Source of the DNA: Octopus vulgaris
Lineage: Eukaryota
Assembly (NCBI GenBank): GCA_951406725.2
Contig: OX597838.1
Location: 4,836,001 to 4,900,000 of the forward strand
Length of the DNA stretch: 64,000 nt
Direction: 5' to 3'
Below, piece by piece: positions 35,030 to 49,904 of the stretch (position 1 is its first letter; each line of letters opens with the position of its first letter). A program made the translations under genes and the position numbers. The notes under the pieces are model-generated. The model worked only from the letters and a program-made list of their open reading frames with translations, was not told the origin of the DNA and made no database searches.

Positions 35030-35405
35030 CCTCCGTCGGTTACGACGAGTTGGTTCAGTTTGATCCGATGAACAGGAGAGCCTGCTCGTCAAATTAACTA
35101 CTCAGTCCGTTGAGATGATTTGGTTTTCAGTTGATCCAACCAACGAAACATCACGCTCATCAAAGTAATCTGAAAGTGGATGAGGATTCCACAGGCACGT
35201 CTACACCCGTGTTTATTCAGCGTGACACAATGTGAAAAGGCCTGCTCCTTGAAATACAGGTTCTGCTCATTTTTGCCAGCATCTTAGTATGGAGCAATAT
35301 GGAATAAAATGTCTTGCTCAAGGACATATCACACCGCCAAAAATCGAACTTACGTCCTTGCGTTCGTGAGACGAATACCGTAAAGATTAAACCACGCGCC
35401 TTCAC
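35030..35405 (-). mobile_element. SINE family C/D-related, degraded
   Basis: Shares the CTCCGTCGGTTACGACGA tail with family C and the TTTTGCCAGC...TGCTCAAGGACA segment with family D. Confidence 0.65.
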
Positions 35406-35576
35406 GCATGAATAAATGTTTTATAGAATAAGACATTGGAGAGGCACGAAGATTCGCAATTCCATCGCTGCTGCTGGACTTTTTTTTTTCGTCTGCTACT
35501 GATACTCTTACCTTTTAGCAGGAAATGACTAGACACGTTTTTCAAGAAGAATACTTCCATTATGTGGCTTTCTTCG

Positions 35577-35970
35577 AGTGGCTGTGTGGTAAGTTGCTGG
35601 CTTACCAACCACAATGGTTCCGGGTTCAGTCCCACTGCGTGGCACCTTGGGCAAGTGTCTTCTACTACAGCCTCGGGCCAACCAAAGCCTTGTGAGTGGA
35701 TTTGGTAGACGGAAACTGAAAGAAGCCCATCGTATATGTGTATATATATATATGTATATGTATGTATATGTTTGTGTGTCTGTGTTGCCCCCCCATCGCT
35801 TGACAACCGATGTTGGTGTGTTTACGCCCCATCACCTAGTGATTCGGCAAGAGAGACCGATACAATAAGTGCTAGGCTTACAAAGAATAAGTCCTGGGAT
35901 CGATTCACTCGACTAAAGGCGGTGCTCAAGCATGACCGCAGTCAAATGACTGAAACAAATAAAAGAATAT
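35577..35970 (+). mobile_element. SINE family B, full length
   Basis: GAGTGGCTGTGTGGTAAG...GGCACCTTGGGCAAGTGTCTT (CORE-like)...GACTGAAACAA. Confidence 0.9.
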
Positions 35971-36221
35971 ATCCAAGAAAAATAAAATATGTGAACGGCT
36001 ATTCAGAATTAATACTGCTCCAGTCGCTAATACCAAATTTCTATCCAGACCGCCAGGTTTTTGCAACATCAGTGAATTGCTGATCCCTGTTACTCTGTAT
36101 TGCAGGGATAATGTAGACTTACTAATGATGACTCGCAATTACGCAGAAATCCCGGGACCATGCAATTCTGCCGCCGGTACTAGACGTGTTTCGTCTCTTA
36201 CTTATACACATCTTTATTTGC

Positions 36222-36688
36222 CCAGAAGCTGGCTACCCGCATGGTTCTTGGTCTAAAGAATTTGTCTTATGAAGAAAGGCTGAAGACGCTCGACCTTTAT
36301 TCTCTAGAAAAACTACGACGCCGTGGAGATCACATTCTTGCTAACAACATCATAAGCGGAAAGTGTAACCTCTCGAAGGAGCTGTTCTTCACTCCTGCTC
36401 CAGAGCGTCGGCTGCGGGGTCATTCCGAAAAGCCCTACCTGCAACGATTTCATCTTAATCGAAGGAGAGGGGCTTTCTCCGTCCGAGTTGCGAATCCGTG
36501 GAATAAGCTGCCGGATGAGTTAGTGAAGATGCCGACGACCGCTCGGTTCAAAGTCTCTCTTGACCACAAGTGGCGTGAACTCTTTACATGAACACCACCC
36601 TGTACATAACTCCATGTCCCCCTACATGGCCTTGCTTTTTTGCTTTTTGAGCCAAAAAATTAACTAACTAACTAACTAACTAACTAAC
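36222..36688 (+). mobile_element. CR1 LINE 3' fragment with (TAAC)n tail
   Basis: QKLATRMVLGLKNLSYEERLKTLDLYSLE..RRRGD...LRGH....FSVRVANPWNKLP...FKVSLD, the classic CR1 ORF2 C-terminus. Confidence 0.93.
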
Positions 36689-36801
36689 ATCTGTGTCATT
36701 TAGCGCTATACAGAACACCAGTTACTTTTCCAAGAAGAATATCGCAGTGTTGTGTCGTTCATACGCTATATCTTCGGTTCAATAATATACATGTATATAC
36801 A

Positions 36802-37027
36802 AAGGCGGCGAGCTGGCAGAAACATTAGCACGCCGAGTGAAATACGTAGTCGTATTTCGTCTGCCGTTACGTTCTGAGTTCAAATTCCCTCGAGGTCGAC
36901 TTTGCCTTTCATCCTTTCGGGGTCGATAAATTAAGTACTAGTTACGCAACGGGGTCGATGTAATCGACTTAATCCGCTTGTCTGTCCTTGTTTGTCCCCT
37001 CTATGTTTAGCCCCTTGTGGGTAGTAG
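36802..37027 (+). mobile_element. SINE family A, near-intact
   Basis: AAGGCGGCGAGCTGGCAGAAAC...AGCCCCTTGTGGGTAGTA. Confidence 0.9.
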
Positions 37028-37063
37028 ATGCAGTGGTTGGGATGCGAAAATAATTGATGCATA

Positions 37064-37481
37064 TAGGCGCAGGGGTGGCTGTGTGGTAAGTAGCTTGCTT
37101 ACCAACCACATGGTTCCGGGTTAAGTCCCACTGCGTGGTACCTTGGGCAAGTGTCTTCTACTATAGCCTCAGGCCGACCAAAGTCTTGTGAGTGGATTTG
37201 GTAGACGGAAACTGAAAGAAGCCCGTCGTATATATGTATATATATATATATAAGTGTGTGTGTTTGTGTGTCTGGGTTTGTCCCCCTAGCATTGCTTGAC
37301 AACCGATGCTGGTGTGTTTACGTCCCCGTCACTTAGCGGTTCGGCAAAAGAGACCGATAGAATAAGTACTGGGCTTACAAAAGAATAAGTCCTGGGGTCG
37401 AGTTGCTCGACTAAAGGTGGTGCTCCAGCATGGCCGCAGTCAAATGACTGAAACAAATAAAAGAGTAAAAGAGTAAAGAGT
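37064..37481 (+). mobile_element. SINE family B, near-intact reference copy
   Basis: tRNA-like head, CORE-like box, internal (AT)/(GT) tract, structured tail, AAAAGAGT repeats. Confidence 0.92.
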
Positions 37482-37975
37482 ATATGTGATGGTAATATAA
37501 ACAAAGGTAGTAAATCTTATATTAAATTTTGTTCTTGCACTGGTAAATTCGCTGGGTGGATCTCTGATTGTGATAGAGTGGTTAGTTTCGTTGGGAAATC
37601 AGGGCGGGGTGAGTATTATTTAGGTGTGGGGTTCCTAGTTTAATTAAGGACATTTTTTTCGCACGTGTGTATCCAATATGTTTACATTCTGCAACTGTTT
37701 ATTACCAGCGGTATCTATAACTAAACTTGTTGGGAATCAAATCTCGCTTCGATTTCAATTTAGTTTCTCGAAATAACTTTAAAAAATAATTTTGCACTGA
37801 AACTTATTTTTTGGTTAATATACTAACAAAGAATTTTCTATATGTGTATATGTATTTATGTATGTATGTAGAAGAACACTTGCGCATATATATGCTTATA
37901 CACACACACATATGTACGTATGTGGATCTATACATATATCTACCCATGTCCCTCAGTCTTTCCATTCCTCTTTCT

Positions 37976-38027
<52 letters not shown>

Positions 38028-38415
38028 ATGCATACATATATATATATTTACATTTATATATACGTATATACGTATATATGTATATATATATATATGTATA
38101 TATATGTATATATATATATATATAAATGTGTATGGCTCTGCTTTTGTGTGTCTGTACACCTGTGTGCATATTAATATCACTAATGTGATTGACCTTTGCT
38201 AAAATATTACGGTCGTGTATGTATGTATGTGTGTATATGAATATATATGTATATACATATATATACATGCACACACATAGATATGAACACAACTGTAATG
38301 TCATATGTATATATATATATATATATATATATGAATTTATGTATGTGTTCAAGTATATGCGTGTCTACCTATCTATCTATCTACCTATCTCTCAATCAAT
38401 CAATCTATCTATCTA

Positions 38416-38460
<45 letters not shown>

Positions 38461-39077
38461 AATCTATCTGAGCAAGCAAAGTTGAACGATGCGTGTGTGT
38501 AAAGAAGAAACATACACACACACACAACTCATGAATACAAAAGGATATTTCATTGTGTGTGTGTGAGTGTGTGTGTGTGTGTCTGAGTGTGTATTTGTGC
38601 ATGCGTGTGTGTGAATTTGCATCCGTTGCACGAAATACAGCAGGCAGAGGGGCGGATATTCAATAACCTAACGCATCAAAAGAAACAAGCGCGATGCTGC
38701 CGAGTTTGAAATACAGCAGAAAGTAAAGACAGAAAATTACAGAACAAAACAAAATTGAAACGAATTTTGAAAACAAAAAACAGACCACAAAAGAACAAAA
38801 AACAAAAAGACCTACGTACAGTACATAAATCCACCAATATAATAAACAGAAAATGCCAGAGTTTCAATAACAGATGATCGATCGGTACAAAGCCGAGTAA
38901 AGGTGGTTAAACAGGTTATGTATGAAGATCATTAGTAATAGAGTAACAGTGTTATGTGTTGGTTTTTTAAAGATCTCAGGTAAAAACCTAGAAACGTGCT
39001 TTACTCATTATCTACGCCGATGTTGGCGATAGATGTATTTTTTATTCTTTTACTTGCTGTCGGTCATCGGACTATGA

Positions 39078-39360
39078 CCCATGGCTCAGTGGTTACAGCA
39101 TCGGACTCCCAAATACGAAGTAGTGATTTCGATTCCCGCACCGGCCTGTGTGTAGTGTTCTTGAGCAGAGCATTATATTTCGCGTTACTCCAGTTCATTC
39201 CTCTGCAGGATACAACTGTGACGTCGTTTCTGGTGCCAAAAACTGTATTAGCATGAGCGACTGCTGGTGTTCCATAAATAACCTTGCACACACCTGTGCC
39301 TCGGAGGTGAACTTTCTATGTGCAATCCCATGGTCACACATCACCGAAGAGGTTCTTTAA
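39078..39360 (+). mobile_element. tRNA-derived SINE related to family D, degraded
   Basis: TGGCTCAGTGGTTACAGCATCGGACTC...TTCGATTCCC...GTGTTCTTGAGCAGAGCA. Confidence 0.65.
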
Positions 39361-39364
39361 CCAT

Positions 39365-39401
<37 letters not shown>

Positions 39402-39402
<1 letters not shown>

Positions 39403-39765
39403 CTCTTTTACTCTTTTACTTGTTTCAGTCATTTGACTGCGGCCATGCTGGAGCACCGCCTTTAATCGAGCAAATCGACCCCGGGACTTATTCTTTGTAA
39501 GCCCAGTACTGATTCTATCGGTCTCTTTTGCCGAACCGCTAAGTGACGGGGACGTAAACACACCAGCATCGGTTGTCAAGCAATGCTAGTGGGACAAACA
39601 CAGACACACAAACACATACACACACATATATATATATACATATATACGACAGGCTTCTTTCAGTTTCCGTCTACCAAATCCACTCACAAGGCATTGGTCG
39701 GCCCGGACTGAACCCGGAACCATGTGGTTGGTTAGCAAACTACTGACCACACAGCCACTCCTGCG

Positions 39766-39768
<3 letters not shown>
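39402..39768 (-). mobile_element. SINE family B with short internal deletion
   Basis: High similarity to the reverse complement of 37064-37481. Confidence 0.9.
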
Positions 39769-39809
<41 letters not shown>

Positions 39810-40079
39810 TAAATTTAAAATAAGGGTGAGAAATTAGATATTAATTTAATTAACATCGATTTCACACCAGTCTAGCATATAAAAAAACTCAAGGTTCAGT
39901 AAAATTGTATTATACACATATTAGAGTGAAACCACTATGTGGACATCCTTATGCTAGAAATAGATACGCTATGGTGCGAAATGCTTAGCAGTATAACTGA
40001 GTTCAATTTCCACCGTGGTCGACTTTACCGTTCATCATTTTGGGGTCGATGAAATAAACACAATTAAGTCATTACCACA

Positions 40080-40660
40080 AACACCACCAACCATCTCTAG
40101 CACCACCACCACCACCACCACCACCACCACCACTAATACCATCACCATCACCTCCAACAACGCCATCATCACCTTCACCAGTTATATTGCGAGCAAACAC
40201 CGTACATACAGCATCACAACAAGTCATCAGGGCATCCATTAACACCACCACTTCCACATTTACAACTATTGCCACATGAAACTCCATCGACTCCAGTAAA
40301 AAAAGCTCGGTCAAAATGGACGTTACGACCACAAGATGGACACTGACTGCCGTAGGGTAGATATAGCAAATCAATCACAACCACCACCACTACCACCACC
40401 ACCACCACCACCATCACAACTATCATTACCACCTCCAACACAGTGCCAATGTCAACTTCACATCGCACACCAACAACAACATCACCAACTCCACGACATC
40501 ACCACGACCACGACCATCAAAGCCATCACCACCGCCAACGCCATCATGATAACTACCACCACTACCGCCGCCACCACCATCATAACTACCACCACTACCG
40601 CCGCCACCACCATCACCACACCACAACAATGATCCCCACCACCACAGCCACCAACACCCA
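40080..40660. repeat. Degenerate (ACC)n/(ATC)n low-complexity tract
   Basis: Directly visible. Confidence 0.85.
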
Positions 40661-41369
40661 TGCTCTTTACAACGGATTCCCAAACGTGGCTCATATTGTT
40701 GTGCAGCAGATGCGATCCTTTTCACATTGTAACAAGTTTTCGTGACCAATTCCTTAATTTACTGATGCGTGGCATTACCAAACACTGTAGCATCATCGTT
40801 CTTCACATCTTTCCAACCTTTAAAACTAAATATCCGATTCTTATTTCTGAGCCTATTGTCTTGGCAAACAAACAAAAATTCATTCCTGTTTTATTTTCTT
40901 TCGCATTTTAAATCCTCGTCTTCCGTTATTTCACATTCCATTCATACATTTTTCCGCTCAAATTGATTCGCTCGGATGTTATTCGGATGTGTAGAGAAAG
41001 CATATAATATTTTTTGTTACCTTAATAAAATTTTCAAACGTTTAGGACAAAAGAAAAGGAAAAAAAAAATATCTAGGATAAAAACTACATGATCAAAATG
41101 GCGAAAATATTCGTGATTTCTTTGCTTCCGGTGGGTGGGCAGCCATTTTGTCGCTGTTGAATGAAATCGGGATGAATATAACTTTTTCCATAAAACAACA
41201 CGCAAAGCCAGCAGCGTCTTTTGATTCATTTAACAAAAAAATGTTACCATAATTAATTTACATTTCTAAAATCTCTAAGAAGAAGAAAAAAAATAATAAT
41301 AAATAAACCATAGAAACAATTTTTGCAATAATTGAATTTTGATCTTCCGGATTTCACAGTCACCGAATT

Positions 41370-41600
41370 TTTAAGAAGCATTGTTTTCTCAGCAGTGCTT
41401 TGGAATATGGAAGAGACAGGAAAAAATTCTAACACCGACGGTTATGTCTGTTTCAACTATTTTTCATGCAAAGAAAGCATCAGACAATTTGTTAAGAATG
41501 CTTACTTCCTCGCGAAAATATTTAACACACGCTACGATAGACGATGGTGTAATATAATATGGAAATGTGTGTCTTTTAGTAAGCGATCGTGTCGGGTGGA
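41370..41600 (+). mobile_element. Possible highly decayed Tc1/Tc3-type transposase remnant
   Basis: IVFS...(D)RKKF/NTDG..FNYF...IIWKCVSF loosely follows the Tc3-type VFSDEKKFNLDG...VMVWGAFS, with frameshift or insertion. Confidence 0.35.
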
Positions 41601-42031
41601 TCATGGGGGAAGCACAGGTAGTAAGCTTCTGAAAGAAAAAATATCTGTAGCATAAATTCAATCCAGAAATGTTGGGAGAGATTCTATTTAATGTTTTCCT
41701 TTCACAAGTTAGATTCTCATTAAATTTGCGAAATATATACGCGAGTATAGGTGTATATCAAAAGTTTTTCATTCTTCAAATCTCCCAAAAGCTACTTGGC
41801 TCATAATTATTTGTGGAATATTTCTTATATATACATAGCACAGAATGTAAGAAATACAAATACAGGTCATTTTGTCCGTCCCAATGGACTGGAGCAACGT
41901 GAACTCAAGTACCTTGGTCAAGGACAAAACGCGCTGCCGGATTTCGAGGTCACCATCTTTCGATCATGAGCCGAATACCGCCAAATCACAATACACATAC
42001 ACACACAACACACACAACACACACGCACACC

Positions 42032-42122
<91 letters not shown>

Positions 42123-42967
42123 GCATAATGATGTGTTTTATACACTTCTATATTTGTGCATGTTAGACTTACAACTGTTTCCGATATTCATTACAGGTGC
42201 TTTTATACTTCCTTTTTACCCAATCGATTGATTGATTGATCAATATTAAATATTGAACGTCCTTAAAAATACTATCGACATCGGAGACCGCGCGCCTTCA
42301 CACTCGCTCTCACGCACACAGGACACACACAGGACACACACAGGACACACACACTGACCCACGCGAGCAAACATGCAAAAATAGTATTGACAGTCTTCGG
42401 TGCTTATGTATCTCTCTTTCTCTCTCTCTCTCTCTATCTCTATCCCCCCACTCACTCCGTTGTACATATATATATATATATAGATGTATATATGATAATA
42501 ATAATTTGAGGGAATATTATTCCTAACTTACAGGGAAAAATTCAATTTAGAAGTACTGAATCAAATTTCAAAATATATACATATAAAAATTAGAAATTTA
42601 CATAATCATCGATATATTATTGTTATTTTATATTTAATATTTCTATTATATGTAATTTTCTAGATGGTGTAATTTATTGTTCAATTTGAATTGATAAAAG
42701 GTGTTTTTTTTCAAATTTATATATATATATATATATATTGATAGATAGATAGATAGATAGATAGACAGAGACAGATAGACAGAATGTATTGAATATATAT
42801 ATATATACATACACACACATATATATATATATGTTGCTGTATTGTTACTCAGCTTCGTTATATATTTTTAATGTTACTACAAGGCTATAGTGCATTCAAG
42901 TATCGTCAATTATTGGCAGCGAGTATATGTATATATATATATAAATATATATATATATACACACACA

Positions 42968-43012
<45 letters not shown>

Positions 43013-43040
43013 CTAGATATACAGATGTACATATACACGA

Positions 43041-43076
<36 letters not shown>

Positions 43077-44279
43077 AACACACACACACATTTTTATATA
43101 AATGTACGTGTGTGCACGCGCTCACCTGTGTGTTGTGTAGTGGAAAGCAAATGAAATAGACCCTATAATTTTGTCGAGCGTATTCAAACGTCCGATGTTT
43201 CCTTTTCTCTGCTTTGTTACTCACCGATTCTGGATCGATGCACCGTTTAATTCGATGTCGAAAACACCTGTGAATCATCTAGACCAATACCAGACAAACC
43301 ATGATTATTTACTTACTCTAACTGATTTTTCAAACAAATTTTCATGAGAAAATGAAGAACGAAAATTTTGCTGAGATATAATTATGATAAGCGAGTAATT
43401 TTTGGTCATTAATTATCTTTTCGAGCTTCCAAATCTACTGGGAAAATAACATATACCAAATTTCTGATTCGAAAGGTGAATGCGGTCTGTGAACTTTATA
43501 TCCAAAGAGGTGTCTCTATTATTTCTTTACCCTTTTAAACGATCCAAGTTCCCGGATTTGGCCTGGCTAGGACACCACAACGCCGTTTCACAAGGAACCG
43601 TTGAACGCTATTTTATATACAGGGTATTCAGAAAGCCTCTCCGCAGTAAGTGTTTTATTGCAGAATAAATATTTATAAGATGGTATAAGACTACAAAACA
43701 ATATATCAGATTTTACAAGACTTTATAAGTTGTTGAAAGTGTCGTCCTTAGGTGACTCTTTTACACATGTTTTGAAATACATCCTTGATGAAAAAAATTC
43801 ATTGCGTAGAGACGTTTTGACGACTTTGCCCCCTTTCTTTTCTCTCTCTTCTGTCACGTGACCGCTGGTTAAAATCAGCCTTTTGGCCTCCGACCACTGC
43901 TGTGAGAACATTTGTTGTCTTCGTCTGCCGATACAGGCATTTTTTCAAAATACGCCAGCTAAACTTGTTGTACTGTTTATTAGTTGTAAGACACCCGCTG
44001 TTTTTGTCCTGTTTTTACCATTATTGTTTTTTGTATTTTATATTCGTGTAGCATCGTCCGTTTTTCTGTCCCTGTTTCGTATACATTCGATTCTTCTTCC
44101 AAGAAATCTAATGCTCGTAGCTTAGTTTTTCCTTGGGGCTGGCCGGATCGGAGCGATCTCAAGATTAATCAGCCGGTTCTTGACTGAAGATCCGTGTTTT
44201 TTGTATCGTCTTCTAAATGTTTCATGTTCTTGTCCCAGTTTGTATTTTTCTACATATAATATATATTTATAGAGAGAGA

Positions 44280-44348
<69 letters not shown>

Positions 44349-44774
44349 GTGGTACAATAAGGCACCAATGTTTACTGGAAATAGCAGTCGATACATTTAC
44401 GACGCTATACTAAAGCATCAATGTGTATATACTGGCAAAAACGTGTGAGGGCAGCGAACATAAAAAAAAATGGGTTTTACCTCCAGGAAGAAGATTAGAT
44501 AAATAGACAACACAGAATAAGGTAATCTAGTACCTAGGTTTCGGAATCTTCAAATACGTTTGTTATCGTAAATTTGATTAGTTTTCCTCAGGTTGATTTA
44601 TCTGGGCAATATTTCAAATGTCGCTACATCAGTGCCAGTCTACTCGCCTGAACGCCTAGGCGTTAATAGAACCGAGAACAGTGAAAAGATTTTCATTGAA
44701 AAATAAAATATTGCAATACAAATGTTTTACTTTACAGTAAAATAAATCACCGTAAATATAGAACTAAAAATATA

Positions 44775-45021
44775 TATTTCTTTACTACCCACAAGGGGCT
44801 AAACATAGAGGGGACAAACAAGGACAAACAAAGGGATAAAGTCGATTACATCGACCCCAGTGAGTAACTGGTACTTAATTTATCGACCCCGAAAGGATGA
44901 AAGGCAAAGTCGACCTCGGCGGAATTTGAACTCACAACGTAACGACAGACGAAATACCGCTAAGCATTTCGCCCGGCGCGCTAACTTTTCTGCCCGCTCA
45001 CCGCCTCTGCCAGCTCGCCGC
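44775..45021 (-). mobile_element. SINE family A, intact, with duplicated 5' 17 nt
   Basis: Very similar to 9251-9484; TCTGCCCGCTCACCGCC TCTGCCAGCTCGCCGCC at the head. Confidence 0.92.
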
Positions 45022-45269
45022 CATAAAATATAGAGTAGTGGTACAATATATATATATAAATATAGAGTTGTGGTACAATATATATATATTGTAGGTCAAG
45101 TACTTAAAACATAAATATAAAATATTTCAGTTCCCTCTTCGTATTATGACCGAAAATAACCTAGGGGTAGCTAGTCTGTCGATACTGTATAGTCCTATAC
45201 CGGTTGAATATGATGGTGTGTTGAGTGTATTTGCTGGACTTCATCTGCTGGTCAACCACCGTTGGACTG

Positions 45270-45880
<611 letters not shown>

Positions 45881-46291
45881 CTGAGTAGTATTATGATTTT
45901 TGGAGCAGAGTTGTATAAAAGGATTGACCAATTTCAACTACGATGAGATGAATAACCGATAAACGGATTTCGTTTCTCGCGTACAAAGACACATGATTTC
46001 TCAGATTTTACAATTCCACTGCGATAAGTTTGTGCTTGGATTGATTTTGAAATTTATGGAATCTAAGATATTCCTGATAGGATGCGTCATATCCGAAATA
46101 TAAAATGATAAATTACATAAGTTGCAAAGGTTATTTCCATTACAGCTGCAATACCGCAATCTTTTATCTTTAAAGTTTAACTGGTTTCAGTTATTGGACT
46201 GCAGCCAGGTCTGGGCAACTGCCTTGGAGAACGCAAGGAAACCAACGTCGGTTGGTCAAGTGGGGGCGTGACATAGAAAAGCATTTAAATT

Positions 46292-46336
<45 letters not shown>

Positions 46337-46364
46337 TTAAGGACCAGTTACTGAAATATCTCGA

Positions 46365-46655
46365 GATACAAAGGCCCACAACTGATTCATATCTTGCCCC
46401 AAACAGAAAAAAAATGCTGTGAGATTTACAAGGAGTTGAGTAGAAGTTTTCAAGGAACACTTTGATATTCTGCCGTCCAGGATCTCAGATGAACCCACCA
46501 GATCAAGGGAAGAAGCTCAAACGAAGATAGAAAATATCAGACTCCCACATTTACCAAAAGCCAACGAAATGAGAATGGCCATTGAAAAGTTGATGATACT
46601 GTCGGTGCTCCAACTTGGGCCACGGCTTTTAGGCTGAAAGAAGAAAAAAAATAAA
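46365..46655 (+). mobile_element. CR1-group LINE 3' end, decayed relative of 27808-28076
   Basis: KGPQL..ILP...DLQGV..VFKEHFD....I.DEPT; 3' UTR GTCGGTGCTCCAACTTGGGCCACGGCTTTTAGGCTGAAA. Confidence 0.65.
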
Positions 46656-46689
46656 AGTATACATACCAGCTATTACCGCCGTATTCACT

Positions 46690-47080
46690 CACCATAACAC
46701 CATTACCACCGCCACCGCCAGCACCGCCACCGCCAGCACCGCCACCGCAGCCGCCACCACCACCACCATTGCCGATGCCGCCGCCGCCGCCTCCACCGCC
46801 GCTTCCACCACCTCCACCGCCACCGGAAACACGACGACCACCACCACCTGCACCACCACCAGCGCCACCACCACTCCACACCACACCACACGACGACGAC
46901 GACGACGACGACGACCACCACCACCACCACCACCACCACCACCACCACCATCACCACCACCACCACCACCACCACCACCATCACCACCACCACCACCACC
47001 ACCACCACCACCACCACCACAACAACAACAACAACATCAACACCACCACCACCACCACCACCGCCACCACCACCAACATC
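46690..47080. repeat. (ACC)n/(GCC)n/(GAC)n triplet mosaic
   Basis: Directly visible. Confidence 0.92.
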
Positions 47081-47134
47081 GTTTCTGTAAATATAATTAC
47101 TGCTGACGCCGAATGGAGAAATTGAATATGTCAA

Positions 47135-47340
47135 TCTCTCAAGCTGTTCTGAGACAGATTTTTCAAATTAGTTGGTTGATGCCAGCAGGAAGAGGATAGG
47201 AGAGAATCTGTAAAGGTGAGGTGAAGATAGCGTTTAGTTATTGTTGTAGGACATGTCTGTGTGAGTGTGGGTCGCTGGTGAAGATTGCATGATGGGATTG
47301 TGGTGAGAAACAAGAGTGTGGAGAGAAGGAGAGATTGGAA
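47135..47340 (-). mobile_element. Possible Penelope-like ORF remnant (RT-endonuclease linker)
   Basis: [20 protein letters not shown] / FTDSLLSS..HQPTNLKNL resembles PLE 'IL..H..ILQSDP.T..IF...PL..FRQP.NLK.LL'. Confidence 0.4.
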
Positions 47341-47472
47341 GGGGAGAGTAAGATCGAAAATGACGATGATACACCAAGGAGATCGGGAAGAGAGAACAGA
47401 AAAGGGATATACATGGGTTTGTATGAGAGTATATATTATATATACATACATACATATATATATATACTATAT

Positions 47473-47539
<67 letters not shown>

Positions 47540-47601
47540 CATACATACATATATATAATATATTATATTTATATTATATTATAGATATATATATGTATAT
47601 A

Positions 47602-47643
<42 letters not shown>

Positions 47644-48282
47644 TACATATACATATCTATATACATACACGCACACACACAAACTCATGTTTGACCTCCA
47701 TGATGTATCGTCCTTATTTTCGATCTTCTCTCTCTCGCTCCCCTACGCATATGAATGTATTGTTATAAATATATATAAGTTGCTCGAAATACGAGACTAG
47801 AAAAACAACCAAAAACTGACGAAAGGTTGTTCTTAATGTTGTTTGTTTTGTTTTCCATATGTGTGGGTCGCTGTTCGTAAGAATAGTTCATGTTCCATGT
47901 ACTCGTGCTTCGTATTTTTGTTGTACACGTCTCATGACGTCCTGTGCCCACTTATGCATGTATATATATATGTATATATATACATATATGTATATATATA
48001 TATAAAAAGAGAGAGAGATATATATAGACATATATATATATATATATATATATACGTATAGATGTAAGCATGTACATATACGGATGTATATAGGCATATA
48101 TATATATTGTTATTGTTATTATATATAAATACAGATGTGGCTGTGTGGTAATTAACTTGCTTACCAACCTCCTGGTACCGGGCAAGTGACTTCTTCTTTA
48201 GCCTCGGGCCGACCAAAGCCTTGTGAATGGATTTGGTAGACAGAAACTGAAAGAAGCTCGTCTTTTATATATATATATATAA

Positions 48283-48327
<45 letters not shown>

Positions 48328-48843
48328 TATCAGCATTATTCGTTTATATTCGTTTATATCTCCGTTATCTTTCCTCTCTAACTGTTCTATTGTATTCTCC
48401 CACCCCGACCCATAACTCTCCACCCGCTACCAATCATTCTTCACCCCACTTTAAACCACCGCTATTGCAGTTCAATTACCAATATGAAATTTATCGAACT
48501 GCTTTGACTGAGACGAAGTTCGTTCAAGTACGATTCACCAGATATTGTTTTTAAAATAATATTTCCTTCCATATAAATCTCCCCGCCCCACCCATGCCTC
48601 TCTCTCTCTCTCTCTCTTCCTTACTCTGCTTCTATGACCGATCAAAATATGTAATAGATATTTTTTTACTAAGTTTGACACAGGTTATCAGAGATTGGCA
48701 ATAAATTTGGAGATTTTTGATTTGTTGTACTTAATGGTAAACATTGCAACTTACGATTACTATTTCTGGCACAAATTTATGGTAGAACTGAAGAGTAAAA
48801 AACAAATATATAAATACATACATACATACCTATATATATATAT

Positions 48844-48926
<83 letters not shown>

Positions 48927-49154
48927 TGTATATATGTAGATATTGATATATAGATATAGATATATATATATATGATAAATATATCTATATCTATATCTAT
49001 GTATGTATTAAGCAATGCATTTATATATAAAAGACGATTATCATAAATAACACAAATATTATATGTTGAAACGAGATCGTATTCAGTAACATAGCAACAT
49101 AAATGGGATGTGATTGCAGTAAAAATAAATAAATATTCTAACATTAACGATTTT

Positions 49155-49605
<451 letters not shown>

Positions 49606-49606
<1 letters not shown>

Positions 49607-49882
49607 GATACCAGGAAACCACAAAATGGCAGAAATTCAAAAGATAGTGCTCATGGGAACTGCTCATATTTTATGCAAAATACTTTCTATATAATCTCAA
49701 GTTTTAAAACAAACAATTTTGGTTTATCAAACATTCTCTAGAACAACACTTTGTGCAAAACCAAAAACCAAATATATGACACCCTAGGCATAACACCAGC
49801 ATGAATTTCTAACTTGTCTCTTGAGGTCTCTGGGTGAGACTTGGAGCCAACTTGTACAAATGTAAAGGAAAAGTCAAACATA
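49606..49882 (+). mobile_element. Dong/R4-type 3' terminal fragment, third subfamily
   Basis: IPGNHKMAEIQKIVLMGTAHILCKILSI* plus 3' UTR; preceded by (AAT)n. Confidence 0.8.
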
Positions 49883-49904
49883 GAATAATAAGAATAAAAG
49901 AGTT

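Noticed and set aside
48250-48270. GAAGCTCGTC resembling the Hox-cluster miR-993 5' end
   Set aside because: Lies inside a family B SINE with no hairpin; no miR-10-like sequence was seen either.
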